Positions 1-13,260 of a stretch of DNA of 64,000 nucleotides are shown here, piece by piece. This DNA comes from Vicugna vicugna. Lineage: Eukaryota. A program made the position numbers and the translations under genes. Numbering within the stretch: position 1 is the stretch's first letter; each line of letters opens with the position of its first letter. The notes below the pieces were generated by a model. It saw only the letters and a program-made list of their open reading frames with translations, did not search any database and was not told where the DNA came from. The stretch lies in contig MU058213.1 of the NCBI GenBank assembly GCA_013265495.1, forward strand, positions 2,294,001 through 2,358,000. The letters are read 5' to 3'.

Positions 1-1059
1 GGATGGTCCTTCTGGGAGACCTGGGCCTGGTGATTCCCTCAGCAACTTCCTGGAAGTGTAACAGACACCGTATCCCTAATCTTCATTCATGTGTACACCC
101 TAATTTTTTTTTTCTGCTACCAGGAAACACTTTTAACCAAGAAATTAAATATTTAATTTTTGCTAATTTGCAGATAATGATCTTCCTAACAGATATTTCC
201 ATCTTTTTTTTTTTGTCAAATGTCAGTGACTCCCTAAAGAATGTTGGGTTTTTTTCCCCCTGCAATACTCTGCTAAAGAGGATCAGGAGAGTTTGAAATA
301 GTTGAAAGTTTGGGTATGGCTACAATTGCCTATTTGTCTTGGAGCTAGAAAATGTATTCTCATTTCTGTAACTTTGCAATTTGTGACTGCTTTATGTGTT
401 TTATTGATCTCAGTAATTCTGAGAAGACCAAAGCTCAATAGTCTCTTTGCTTTAACCAAAGATGTCCAAAGAATTTGATACCACTTGATGAACTTGTTTG
501 ACTTTTTACTTGGCAAAGGGCAATTTTGTTTGAGTAGAACCACAGTAAGTGACAACAAATCCAAATTTCCCATCCCCAGCTTCTTTGAGACGTAGTGACA
601 TACCTTGCTGGGGTATTCCAGTGGAAGAGGCTGTAGCATCTCAGAAGGATAAAATGCCCCTTTTCTTTCACATGCCTCCTATGGTAAAATCTAGGCTGTG
701 GTTAAATTGTAACATTCCTCCTGCCCCTCCACTCTCTTCCACACCTGTACTCCTGAACTTTGCAGGAGAAGGAAATAAGACCTGACAAGTGGGATCACTG
801 TAAATCTACGGCCATGCAGCTCAAAGGAGTCTTTTCCAGCCTCTCTGCTTCAGTTCCTCTATAATCTTTCTTCCTAATTCTCCAAGATGACCATTTGTTA
901 GTTCTATCTTTTCTTGACACCTCCAGTATTTATGTCTCTACAGTGATGAAAAATTTCAAACTTTAATGAGAAAATAGAACCATTCAAAATAAGAAACCTA
1001 TCATCTTTTTACTGTTGAATTCCTAAACGCATGTGTATTTGCACCCAGTGATTCCCCTT

Positions 1060-1530
1060 CTGACTAAATGGAAGAAAAGCCCTTCTTTCCCCTCCACTTG
1101 CAGTCTTCACCCATCCACTCTGTTTTTGTTTTTGTTTTTGTTTTCATTTTGTTCCTATGAAGTGGAAGCATGCTTTAATATAGCCCATATTAAAAACAAA
1201 ACCAAACATTCTTTTTACACTCCAACTACCACCCAGTTTCCTTTCTCCCTTTCACATAGTGAAAGGATTGTCTCTATTCGTTATGTCTACTTCACCTTTT
1301 ATTCTCTTTTTGACTCATTTCTTTCCAGTTTTTGCTACCACTGTCCACTGAAATTGTTTCATCAAGGTCAGCAATGAACCCACTCGGTCAATATCAGCCT
1401 GTATCTTACTTGGTTGTTCAGTCTAATTTAATATGATCGACCACTCTTCCCTTATTGACACCTCCACTTTTGGCTAAATCTTTGGTACCACATTTGCTAG
1501 CTTTTCTCCTGCCTCAATGACACTCTACAG
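1060..1530 (+). mobile_element. L2 LINE fragment (further L2 3' pieces at ~2380-2500 and ~2680-2770)
   Basis: L2-like motifs ccactgaaattgtttcatcaaggtcagcaatga and gaccactcttcccttattgacac. Confidence 0.7.
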
Positions 1531-1579
1531 TGTTTTCTTTTTAAAATTAACTAATTAATTACTTATTTAAAAATCATAC

Positions 1580-1930
1580 TATTTTCTTAAAATAGGATTG
1601 ACATGTAAAAATCTGTCCATGTTGAATGTATACAACTCAGTTTAAGGATAAGTATACACTCACGAAACCATCACTACCTTGATCAAGGCCATAATGTATC
1701 CATCACTTCTCAAAGTTACCCCTCCATCCCCTTTATCATTATTTTCTCTGTATGGTAGGAACACTTAACATAAGATCTACCCTGTTAGCACATTCTAAGT
1801 ATAAAACACAGTATAGTTAGCTATAAGTACTCTGTTGTGTAGTAGGTTTCCAGATCTTGTACTGAAACTTCACGCCCTGTGACCATTGCTTCCCCATTTC
1901 TCCTTCCCCCGACCCCTGGCAACCACCTCC
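1580..1930 (-). mobile_element. L1 3' UTR fragment (L1MA/MB-like)
   Basis: acttaacataagatctaccctgttagcacattctaagtata and cccctggcaaccacc, typical of antisense L1 3' ends. Confidence 0.75.
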
Positions 1931-3327
1931 TGTTACCATCAGGAATAGGAATTTAATATATGAATTTTGAGGGACATACATACTCAGTCTATAACAGTAG
2001 TGTTCTCTTCCCCTAAAGGGTCCCAAATTTTTCATTTTTATCTACCTAGGACCAGAGAAATGTTAAAATATCTGCTTAGCATTTTAGTCTCTTAGCAATT
2101 GCTTTTTGCTTGGTTCCTTGGTGTCTCACCCACATTTGTGCAATTTAGAGATTGGCAGATGCTTCTAGGGGAAATTGCCTACAGAATTTTAGGCTTCATG
2201 TGATTTTATTTTTGTGTCTGGGATCTTGTCTCCTCAATTACAAGTATTTTGGTAGTTGTCTAATGCCTTCATACAATTCTTTATTTTTTTAAACCAGATT
2301 TTTTATGCTGGTGAGGAGGAGGGTTAGTTTGATACTAGCCAGTCTGCCATAGGCTGAGATGAGGCTCTCTTCTGTTTTAAATGTAAGAATCAAATCACAT
2401 CACTCTTTGCTTCAAACTCACCAACAACTGCCCACTGCAAATAGTATATACAATACAAACTCCACACATACTATGACCTAAAAGACTGCAAACAATCTGC
2501 CAAAAGGCAAATAGCAGAGAGTGACAGAAGTGGATACAAAACTAGGGTCTTTTGACTTCCAGTCCAGGACTGCAGCAGTTCTGTCTCACGAGGGCGCTTT
2601 GCCACGTGAAAAGCAAAATTTGTATTTTGATGCATTGAATGGGATCCTTCCCAGCCCCTGGGTCATTTGGTGGAAGCTTATAGGACTTAACTGTGAGCTA
2701 TTTCTGTTTCTAGTACCTACCATAGAGCCTGCACCATAGAAGCCCTTCAACATTTATGAAACTGAACTTTACTGAACTGAAGATTATAATGAAAACCTTT
2801 TCTGTATATATCTAATATTTTTACTTTCTAAGCTTAGAGTATTTTTTAAAAGCCACATACACTTTTAAACATTTAACTTAAATGACCCTGAGTATCCATC
2901 ATACTCGAGAGAGCATCCGTCTTTCCTGCTTTGCGCCTCTCTTTCCCCTACTCTCCTCGTATTCTAAACACAGGAACCCCGGGGGTGTTCACTCAGTCCT
3001 GGTGACACTTGTTTCATGGGAAAAAGAAGATAATCTGATAAGTTCTCCTGGAGAGCAGCATTCTCTGCTGCTGCGGTTGCCATAGTACTGGTGTCACATT
3101 GGAAATAAGTGATTCCCTCGCCAGGTGCGGTACCTGTCTCTTGCTGGAGGCCCGTTGATGGCTTTAGCAGGTCAATACTCCTGTTCTGGAAGGAAGGCAT
3201 ATTCTGTCCTCTGTGACTGAAGCTCTTAGTCTGACAGTTTCTCAAGGTGCACATCTGAGAAAGACCTTTCCACAGTGTTTTGCTCATCGCTCACACATAT
3301 GCCTAGACACATACTCATAACATACAT

Positions 3328-3349
3328 ACACACACACACACACACACAC
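3328..3349. repeat. (CA)n microsatellite
   Basis: About 11 AC/CA units, read directly. Confidence 0.95.
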
Positions 3350-3729
3350 CCCCTACACTCAGGCTTTTCCCAAGGGGCCAGGATGACTAAGCACAGGCCA
3401 CCTTCATCACCTTAATATTCAGGCCTTTGAGAGCTGAGGTCTTACCTTCCTAGACACAAAGCTCACTCTGTTTCCTCACCCAAGGTGAATAATATTTCTT
3501 CCAAGGAAAACCCTTATCTGGTGGCATGTATAGAACATTTTATAGTGTACAAAGTGTATTGAAATTATGTTACTTGAAAACCCAATAGTATTATTTTCCT
3601 TTTATAGATTAAAAAGAAAACAAAGCTCAGGGACATTAAGGGCCAGGCCCAAGGAGGCACTGCTTTTACATGACAGATCTCTCCCTGTCTCTTATATACC
3701 CCTAATCGAGGTTGCTTGATTTAAAAATA

Positions 3730-5300
3730 TTACAAGTTAATTCTAACAAAAAATTATTTAGAGAAAAATGTTAAAAGAATAATGTGATGAGTACCCATGC
3801 ACCCATCACCTAGTTTAAAAACTAAAATATTGCTAATAGAATTGAACCCTGTGTCTCTATCCATCTTTCTCTCTCTCTCCCTGATAAGTAAGCACTATTC
3901 TGTTTCTGGTGTTTATTATTTTCTTACAATTCTTTAAATTTTTACTCCATACATATGTATTTCTAAACAATGTCCAGTGCATCTTCTTACAAATTTTATC
4001 ACTTTTTGTTGTCTCAGTTTTGTCACTTATAAAATGGGAATAATAATAATACCTACTTTACTAGGTTATCCAGAGCACAAGTGATTTAGTATCTAAAAAA
4101 ATTAATAATGCTTTAACATATAGAGACTTTGTTAAATAAAAGTTTTTAAATAATCTTTTTTTTTGCAGTTTCTTTTTTTTTTCACTGAACTATATGTTCA
4201 TGAGATTTATTTATCTTGATACCTGTAGTCCTAGTTTATCATTTCCCCTACTTTTTAGTAGGCCAATTTTTAATACATCATATTAGGTTTTTAAAGTAAG
4301 TTTAAAAAAATTTTTTTTTCAATTGAAAATAATGCTGCTGTAAATATTCTTATAATTCTCCATGGAAGAGAGCCTCTAAGAAATATATAGAATTATTTAA
4401 TTGCCCAGTCATGGAAATGCATGTCTTCAGCCTAACTTGATGTTGCCAGATTGCTTCCCAAATTTGCTGTACCCAGTTTTACTCCCACCAGCAGCATGTG
4501 AAAAGGCATAAGGAGATACCATATCCCTGCCAACTTTTTATATAATTTACTAATGTCTGCCAATCTGATGGAATTGTCAATTCATATGTTTTGCCCTTTT
4601 TCTAGTAAACTGTTTGTCCTTTTATCTCTCAGTTGTAGGAATTATTCATAAACTTTGGATTATAACCTCTTGTCACTTAAATTGACTAATTGTAAATTGC
4701 ATCTTATCATAGCTTGTTATATTTTTCACCCTTTTAGTGTGCTTTTGATAAATATTATATTCAGTGTAGTGAAATTTAACATGTTCTTTCTTTATGAAAT
4801 GTGTCGAGGTTTTGTTGAAGAAAATTTTCCCTACTCCGAGGTCATATATTCTCCTAAGTTTTCTTCTTAAAGTTCTTCAATTTTAATTTTTATAGCTAGT
4901 TCCCTAATTCGGGCTTTTTAAAGTGGAATAACATGACAAAAATCCAATTTTATTTTTTCATGTAGTATATAATTATACCAGCATAATTTATTCAATCTTC
5001 CATTTTTCCCCATTGATCTATGATACTACCTCTGTTTTATACCTAGGATATGTAAAATACATATTTATATTTATAGATAAAGATACATGCAGAGTCTGTT
5101 GGAGGCTCTATCTTCTGCACCATTGGTGTATTTGTCTCTAAATCAAATACATAATCTTACTCTATCTTTATATTAAGTTTTACATGAAGTATTATTTATT
5201 ATAAATTTGTATTTTTTTTGAATATTTTCAGCCATTTTTCTTTCATAGACTTTTAAGAATCTGTTCAAATTTGATGGAAAACTCCATAGACATTCTGATG
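3730..5300 (-). mobile_element. Old L1 (L1ME-like) with a nested MIR at ~4005-4140
   Basis: Degenerate antisense L1 3' sequence (ttttactcccaccagcagcatgtg). MIR core ctcagttttgtcacttataaaatgggaataataata. Confidence 0.65.
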
Positions 5301-5699
5301 GTCATATTATTTCCATCATGCTATATTGCCCTTTTTGTACAATAAAGCTTCATTTTTTTTAGTCTATTTTTTTCTTAGACTTATGGCTATATGATTTTGG
5401 TCTCCTCAGGTGGGTCCATTTTGGATCCGGATTTATGTTTTTCTTAATGTATCCAGTAAGTGGTAAGGCCACTGATGAACTGCCCTAAACTACAAAGTAT
5501 GAGTTTGAAAATTCTGGTAACTGAAAGTGAACCACTGCCATCTGCACTTTAGAACTATAAAACCAAGGACATTATTTTACTTCAAGGGATAAATGTCAGG
5601 AGACTGCTGGCAAGTTACATCTTAAGGACTATTAGCCTCTTAATATCGTTCAGGCTTTTTCTTTACTACAATAACATAGTAGGATACAGCTGAAAGACT

Positions 5700-5910
5700 G
5701 CAATCACTGGCATCTACTTCAGAGCCAGATTTGAAACTTAGTGGTTGACGAGGAATCACTTATTTGAGTTTGAGTTTTCTCATCTGTAAATGAAGATAAT
5801 AATAGGCAGCTTACAAGTTTTGGTGAAAATAAAGGAGATTATAAATGTGAAATAATATAACTTACTATCTGCTATGTTGTAGATTTATAAAAAACATTTA
5901 TTTCCTTCCT
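5700..5910 (+). mobile_element. MIR SINE
   Basis: Core gagttttctcatctgtaaatgaagataataata. Confidence 0.75.
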
Positions 5911-6089
5911 CATCAGAGGAACTGATTTCAGGATGTCTTATCCCAATCTTTGTGGAGTAGCAAGAAGAAAATTGTTGGCAGGTGATTTAATGACTTGTTG
6001 AAGTGAGGACAATAGTGGCTCAATTAACTTTTAATGGCTAAAGGGGAATGATTCCTCTTACAGTATGTAAAAATTTTAAGTTCAATAAG

Positions 6090-6290
6090 ACAGGCTTTGG
6101 GAAAAGACATTCCTTTCTTACACTCTTGGCTTTACTATTTACTAGCTATGTGATCTAGAAAAGTCAGTTTTCATATTGGTGATATGGAGAATAATTTAAG
6201 AGCTTTATAAAATTGAGATAGTAGATTCAAACTTTCCACAGTACTTCCTGCTACAGGGTAAATGCTTAATAATTAGTAGCTGCTACTTTT
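6090..6290 (+). mobile_element. MIR SINE
   Basis: cttggctttactattttactagctatgtgatct and tail gggtaaatgcttaataattagtagctgct. Confidence 0.65.
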
Positions 6291-7009
6291 ACCATTTTAT
6301 AGGACTGAGCTTTCAAATACATTTACTTAACTGGAGGAGAAACTTCTAGACTGTTGTACCTGCTTGAGAACAATCTCACTGAGATGTATGTCAATAAACA
6401 GTAACTCGTTTTTCACTCTTTAATACATTGAGCCCTAATACCTGGAATTTTTCATGGTACTTTTCACAGAGTCTAAATGGAATAATGGAAAAATCAGGTT
6501 TGTTTATCTTAATTATTGTATCAGATATATATCAGTTGCCTTACCATAATCGCATCAGGACACCTACAAAGCTTAGCGAATTTATCATTGGTAAAATACT
6601 TTCAACCCTGGGATTCCAATAGCAGAAAACAAAGGAGAAGAAATAGTGGATCCCCTGAGTGTTAGGTTGGAGGAGAAATCTGATTAACAAAACACTATCA
6701 AAGGAAATTCAAGAAACAGGCATGAACACATTATTTCTTCCATAAAAAAGCAAAAGGATTTAAAATTCTATAAATCTGCCATGGGTTTTCCCCTTTTGGC
6801 GAAGCATCCAAAACGTGAAGCAAGCCCCATCAAGGCATATCATAAGCAAACTGCTTAACATAGGTCATAAAGAACAAAACTTTTTTTAGTCCATTTTGTT
6901 ATCTTTTGTATTTAATAGAATAAGTGGTGACTGGGAGAAGATTATAAACAATATAATTGATAGTGTATTTCTAGACAAAATCTAGTTCTTAGGTGTTTCT
7001 TCACTCTCT

Positions 7010-8050
7010 GTTAGGGTTTCCGGGACCTGCAATTACTGCCGTCAGCTTTCTCCACTTGGCGTTGATTCCCCCCACAACGCCGCGCGTGCGCGCACCTTGA
7101 TTTCCCCCACGCCGCGCGTGCGCGCACACCTGAGCCTGATGCGGGTTGATGACCCGGGCTCCCGTCCGCGTGCGGGTCCGCGTTTCACTCGGCTCGCCCG
7201 TGAGCTCCACGTGCGGGCGCGCCGGACGCTGCGGATAAGTTCACTGATGGGAACCACTCTGCAAACTCCATGAGGAGTCGGAGTTGGGTGGAGAAACTGA
7301 AACAGGGCAGGTGGGCCTGGGCAGGGAGGAGCAGGGTGAGAACAGGCTCTGAGACCTGGGGGAAGCGGAAGGAGGGACGGGAGGTGGAGATTTAGGGAGG
7401 CCGGAGCCCGGAAGAGCGCAGCGGAGCCGGTGAGCAGGCCGCTCGGCAGGGACTGCGGCCTGTGCGGTCACAAGCCGCTACCTGGACTGAGCGCAGGTAA
7501 GATGGCAGCCCCCCCACCCCCCGACCCTGAGGGAAAAAGAAAGCTCCTCCTCTCTACCCTTGTACCCAAATGAGTCAGGTGAACCCAGGGCACCCCAAAT
7601 AACTAAACTTAGTTCTCTCTCGGGACTTACCTCCCTTACAGAAGGGGTGAGAGTCAAGGGCAGGGGGATATGCCTCCCCGCCCCCGACACACACCTATTT
7701 GCTGACGACTAAAGTTATTTTAATAGCAAATAAGGCCTTTCTCTTCCCTGCTTAAAAGATTGACATTCTGATACAAAGGACAAAACCTTCCTGACGCCAG
7801 ATGTGTTCCTAGTAAAGTGTAAGTGACTAAAGTAAGACCTGTTCGGCACTGAGACAGATTAGGAACAGGGACACTTCCCTTAGGGAGGAAAAGCCCTGAA
7901 ATGGGCGGCTGGGGTCCTAAAAGGCTAATATCCCCGGTTTCTCCGTGTTCTCCTGGGCTGTTTACCTGAAACAATCTGAGTCCGGGAGAAATGCAGGGGG
8001 AGGGGGGCAGCAACCCTGGTGCGGGCGGCGGGGTCAGCTGCAGCGTGGGC
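7010..8050. promoter_or_regulatory. CpG-island promoter
   Basis: Abrupt GC- and CpG-rich block (core 7060-7500) in CpG-depleted DNA. NRF1-type GCGCGTGCGC at 7082-7091 and 7114-7123, E-box CACGTG 7208-7213, GATAAG 7234-7239, ETS CCGGAAG 7408-7414. Confidence 0.85.
7240..7496 (+). other. Putative non-coding first exon (5' end unknown) ending at a strong donor
   Basis: CAG|GTAAGA at 7494-7502 at the 3' edge of the CpG core. The ATGs at 7247 and 7270 open only short ORFs that stop inside the exon. Confidence 0.6.
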
Positions 8051-9299
8051 CACTGCTTGCATTACTTCATCTGGGTGAGAGTTCCCTCGGGACTTTGTGA
8101 AGGAGGAGTATTTCAAAAATCTCTCCGCCGAAAAATACTTCCAAGTATTGAGTTACTCAAAAGATGCTTACTATTCATGAGCGTGAGCTCAGAGAACAAT
8201 TATGCTTACACCAAAAGGGGCACACATAAAATGTGAGATTTTCTTTAATTATATTGCTTCCCTGGTTAAATATAACAGACACTGCTTCTTTGAGCGTCTA
8301 CAGAATCTTTTCCAGAATGACAGTAACTTTTTCCCTTTGTGTCAACCTATTTCCCACCTTCTCAGCATCTCCCGGCAGCAGTGTGGGGACGGCCTCACTC
8401 CCAAGGCTGCTGGCCAGGTTATGGGGCCTTGAAGTCTTCTCAGCTGTGGAACACAGACTTCTCAGCCCTTGAAAACGACCTAACGTACATACAACTGTGG
8501 CTAGAATAGTGACTCCACCACTGAGGGAGTGGATATTTTTTCATCCATAACAAACACGTTTGAAAGTGGTCTCGTTGTCTCCTCTTTAATTAGGACACTG
8601 AAAAGACTGGAACCCAGAGTTCCCTGAAGCACCCGAGGGAGTCCCTGACATTGAGAAAGCACTTCATATTCTCTTTAATGTGTTTCACGTTGTCTCATTT
8701 AATGCCAGTAAAGTAGGTAGGGCACGTGTCATGCTCACGTGACACAGCAGAAAGCTAAAACAAGCTCTCTCTTCAGAAAGCTTTTGTCTCAGATCATTGA
8801 CTCCATTGGTTATATCAGGCTCGCTCTCCCCCTCTCCAAGAAGGAGAAGCTGCTTACCTTTCAAGAAATGTTATGGTTTAAGAGAGAAAGAGCTGGCTCC
8901 CTGCAGAGCCCTGAGAGGAAGATCCAAGAAAGAAAATAACCCTGTATTTCTAGCATTTCCTGGCTGCCCAGAGCTGCTGTCTGCAGCTGACATTAATAAA
9001 ATTTCATCAAAGGCTACAGGTTTTTAAAACATCACTTAGTTTGAATCATATTAGCATTTAAGATATTGGTTGTTTTTCCTGCTTAGGATATGACATATAT
9101 TCATTTTACATGTTATCACATTTTTAAAAACCTTCATATAGCTCCTAAAGTTATTGAAAAGTAATTGTAAAATGTACCTTAGCATTCCTGACAGACACAC
9201 AAGTATTCTTGACCAAATGAAAAGATACCTCTTGTTCTTCCACAGGATGACTGAACGTTATAAAGATTTAATTTTTCCTAAGTTACATTTTTTAATTTT

Positions 9300-11245
9300 T
9301 AGTTTTAAAGTTATCCAGTTTTATTGACATAGAATTGACATGCACCACTATATAAGTTTACACCTGGGAAGCATAATGATTTGACTTACACATATTTTGA
9401 AATACCGTAGTGAGTTTAATGTCCATCATTTCATATAGATACAGAAAAAGAAAAATTTTTCTTCCTTGTGTTGAGAACTCTTAGGATTTACTCTTTACTT
9501 TCATACATACCATACTTTTTTTTAAACATTTTTTTTGCATAATAGTCATTTTACAATGTTGTGTCAAATTCCAGTGTTGAGCACAGTTTTTCAGTTGTAC
9601 ATGAACATGCATCTATTCATTGTCACATTTTTTTCCGCTGTGAGCTACCACAAGATCTTGTATATATTTCCCTATGCTATACTGTATAATCTTGTTTATC
9701 TGTTCCTCACATGCCTGTCAGTATCTACGGATTTTGAACTCCCAGTCTGTCCCTTCCCACTCTTCTCCTCCTTGGCAACCACAAGTTTGTCTACTATGTG
9801 TATAAGTCTGTTTCTGTTTTGTATTTATGTTCTTTTGTTTTTTTAAGAGTCCACATATGAGCGATCTCATATGGTATTTTTCTCTTTCTGGCTTACTTCA
9901 CTTAGAATGACATTCTCCAGGAACATCCATGTTGCTGCAAATGGCATTGTGTTGTCGGTTTTTATGGCTGAATAGTATTCCATTGTATAAATATACCACA
10001 TCTTCATACCATACTATTTGTATGATTTTTTTATTTTTTTGTTTTGGTGTTCGATTCCACATACAAGTGAGATCATACATGATGTGTCTTTCTCTGATTT
10101 ATTTCATGTAGCATAATGCCCTCAACACATCCATGTTGTAAATGGCAGGATTTCCTATTTCATGGCTGAATAATATTCCATGGTGTATATACCACATTTC
10201 CTTTATGCATTCATGGTCAGTGGACACTGTTTCTGTGTCTTAGGTACTGTAAATAACATGGGGAAGAACATGGCAGTGCAGATCTCTCTCTGACCTAGTG
10301 CTTTTGTTTCCTTCAGATACATTTCAGAAGTAGAATTGCTGGATCATGTAGTAGTTTTTTTTTTTTTTTTAAAGAAACTTTTGTGCGATTTTCTGTAGTG
10401 AGCGTATCAATGTACAATCACCTTAACAGTGCACAAGGAGTCCCTTTTCTCCACATCCTTACCAGTATTTTTTAACCTCTTGTCATTTTGATAATTACTG
10501 TGACAGGTATGAGGTGATGTCATTGTGGTTTTCATTTGCATTTTCCTAATGAATGATGTTGAGTACATCTTAATGTACCTGTGAGCCATTTGTGTATTTT
10601 CTTTGGAAAAATGTCTACTTAGGTCATTTGCCTATTTTTTAGTTCATTTTTTTTTTGCTATTGAGTTGTAAGTTTTCTTTATATATTTTGGATATTAATT
10701 CCTTGTTAGATACATGATTTGCACATAATATCCTCCCATTCTGTAGGTTGTCTTTACGCTTTGTTGATTATTTCTTTTGTGGCATAGAAGCTTTTAGTTT
10801 CATGTAGTCCCAATTATTTCTTTATCTTGTTTATGGTTGAGGTGCCATATTCAAAAAATTATTGCTAAGACCTAGGTCAAGAAACATCTTTCATATGTTT
10901 TCTTCAGGAGTTTTATGGTTTCCAGTTTTATATTTAAGTCTTTAATCCATTTCAGGCTAATTTTTGTGGATAATGTAAGATGGAGCACTTGTGTCATTAT
11001 TTCCGTATAATTATCCAGATTTGTCAGCACATTTTGTTGAAGAGAATGGTTTTTCTCCATTGAGTATTCTTTGCTCCGTTGTCAAATATTAATTGACTGT
11101 ATGTGCTTGGGTTTATTTTTGGGCTCTTGATTCTCTTCCATTGGTCTATTTATTTATTATTATGCTAGTACCATACTGTTTTAATATAGCTTTATAATAT
11201 AGTTTGAAATCAGGAAGTGTTGATGCCTCTTGCTTTGTTCTTAGC
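9300..11245 (-). mobile_element. 5'-truncated L1 (L1MA-like), ORF2 3' end plus 3' UTR, interrupted by a younger L1
   Basis: Decayed ORF2p peptides in the ORF track (10407-10589 KMQMKTTM; 10872-11060 KWIKDLNIK). Confidence 0.85.
9517..10004 (-). mobile_element. Young camelid-type L1 3' end nested in an older L1
   Basis: Closely similar to the 37474 element. 11-bp TSD cataccatact at 9506-9516 and 10005-10015. Confidence 0.88.
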
Positions 11246-12129
11246 ATAAAAGAATGAAATCTTAAAGCAGCCAGAGGGTAAAAGATACTAGCAGATGCAG
11301 ACTCCAAGGAATGTTAAAGTCTTTCAGGAAGCAGGAAAATCACACTAGATAGAAACATAAATCTGCACTAAAGAATGAACACTGGAAACGCAAACTACAT
11401 GGGAAATGTATAAAATACTGTCTCTGTTCTCAATAAGTTCAAAGCTTTTAGGAAAGTAGGAAGCTGGGTAGAACAATTTATCATTCAGCAAAGCCACCTA
11501 AGTCAATTATCATTAAAATTATATATTAAAATAATGTAGTTTGACATCAGTAATCTTAGAGACTCTTAATGAAATTGGAGTAGACCTTACCTCTTTCCTC
11601 TTCTCAGAACTTGACTTCACAGCAACCTCTCAAAAGGTTTACCTCCATATGTCCAAACAATGTGCTTATACTGCCATTCCTTGGTTCTCAATATTAATCA
11701 GCCTTTATTAGATTCATATTGTAGGTATGTATTAAGCTCTTACCTTTCTCCTCTACTCACCCTTCTCATTGCTCTGTATTTTGCATTTTTTATTGAAATA
11801 GTTCTTTATGTTTACTATGACTGTGCATATTCAAAGTCAACAGAATCCTGTTAAATTTATTTACCTGAGTATCTTTTGTTCTCTCTGTAATTGATTGCCT
11901 TGTTCATTCATTTGCCAAGTTTTCTATGATCCCATCTTTTTTTTTTTCGGATTCTGTATCTATTCTGGAAATTGACTGTTACCGCGAAAGTCAGTAACTG
12001 AGAAAGAATCCATATGATGCTCACTTAAAAAAAATGTTGAGCATATACGTAGTTGGAAATATCTTTGTAGAAACTTTTTTTTTTAAGCTCTTGATTTGGT
12101 TTATTCTTCACAAATTACTTAGTTCTTCT

Positions 12130-13260
12130 CTCTGGAATTCTTTGAATGTGAGGTTTGACTTCCAGGGTTGACCTTTAGTTTTCTCATCTGTTCTATTGTA
12201 CATCCCTTTTTCTTTCCATTCTGACTTCTGAGAGATTTTCTGAAGTCTGTTCCTCAACATTTTAATTGAATGGTTTTATTTTGGCTATCAGATTTTTAAT
12301 ATACAAGAGTTCTTTCTTATTCTCCGCTAGTTACGTGTTATCACATCTTACTCTTTTATGATGCAATATAGTTTCTTATTTCTCTAAAGAAGTTATAATC
12401 ATAGTTTTGTTTTTAAGTTATGCTTCCTGATTTTTCCATACACTGACTATGGTTTATTTGGGTTCCTCTCCTGGTTTGTGTCTGCCTTTCATATCACCAG
12501 TTTGTCTTTCATTGTCTTGTAATCCTTTCCTATTGGTTCGTATGTAAGAATGAGGTGCTAGGAAGATAACTCTAGGCTTTGTGTAGTTGGGTGGGATTTG
12601 GTGACTGGTGGATTACACTGTACAGTAATATGGTGGCAAGCTTGAATTTTCACTGGTGTGTGTATCTGAAAGTGTTGCAGATGTCACTTTTGGGGAGTCT
12701 TGTCTCTGAGGCTCTTCACTTTTCTAGAGGAGAAACCTCCAGTTCTAACTGCAGAACATCTGTGATTCCGGTTGCAGAGCGGGAAAGGGTTCTGATAGTT
12801 CAACAGTTCATGTATAGGATTTTATTCCACTTTGCTGTTCTTACCTCATTCCCACCATTTGCCTAGAGTTTCTGGGTCTATGGCCTTTCACATTCAGTTT
12901 CTCATGAGAACAAACCTTGTGTTTCTTTTCCTAAGACAAGACCGCTTGATTGTGCATGGTGAACAGGAGCTGGGGGTGCAAATACCATAGTGAGGTGGTC
13001 TCAGTTGTTGTCTTGCTTTTGGCTTCTTTCTTCTAGTCCTTGCTCCGTGCTACCTGGTGCCTCACAGTCTGGAATATGCTAGGGGTTCTTGTGGTTCAAA
13101 TAAGTTTTCATACTGTAGTAACTACCCATTTTGGGATCTTTCCTATTGCTTCTTTCATTCTGAAGTTCTGTTTTTGTATTTTAATTTTTATTATCACTTC
13201 AGTGAAGTCACAAAAGCAAGAAGAGATACATGTTTTTGGCCAATTCATCAAGTTTAAACA
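12130..13260 (-). mobile_element. Ancient L1/HAL1-like 5'/ORF1 region
   Basis: ttttggctatcagatttttaatatacaagagttctttcttattctc resembles antisense HAL1/L1M ORF1. Confidence 0.5.

Noticed and set aside
5379..5409. Possible 31-nt cryptic exon (ttcttag...CAG|GTGGGT)
   Set aside because: Only splice-like motifs; no recognisable peptide or other support.
7247..7395. ATGs in the CpG exon as UNC13C start codons
   Set aside because: ATG 7247 stops at 7271 (MGTTLQTP*), and ATG 7270 is out of frame and stops at 7393.
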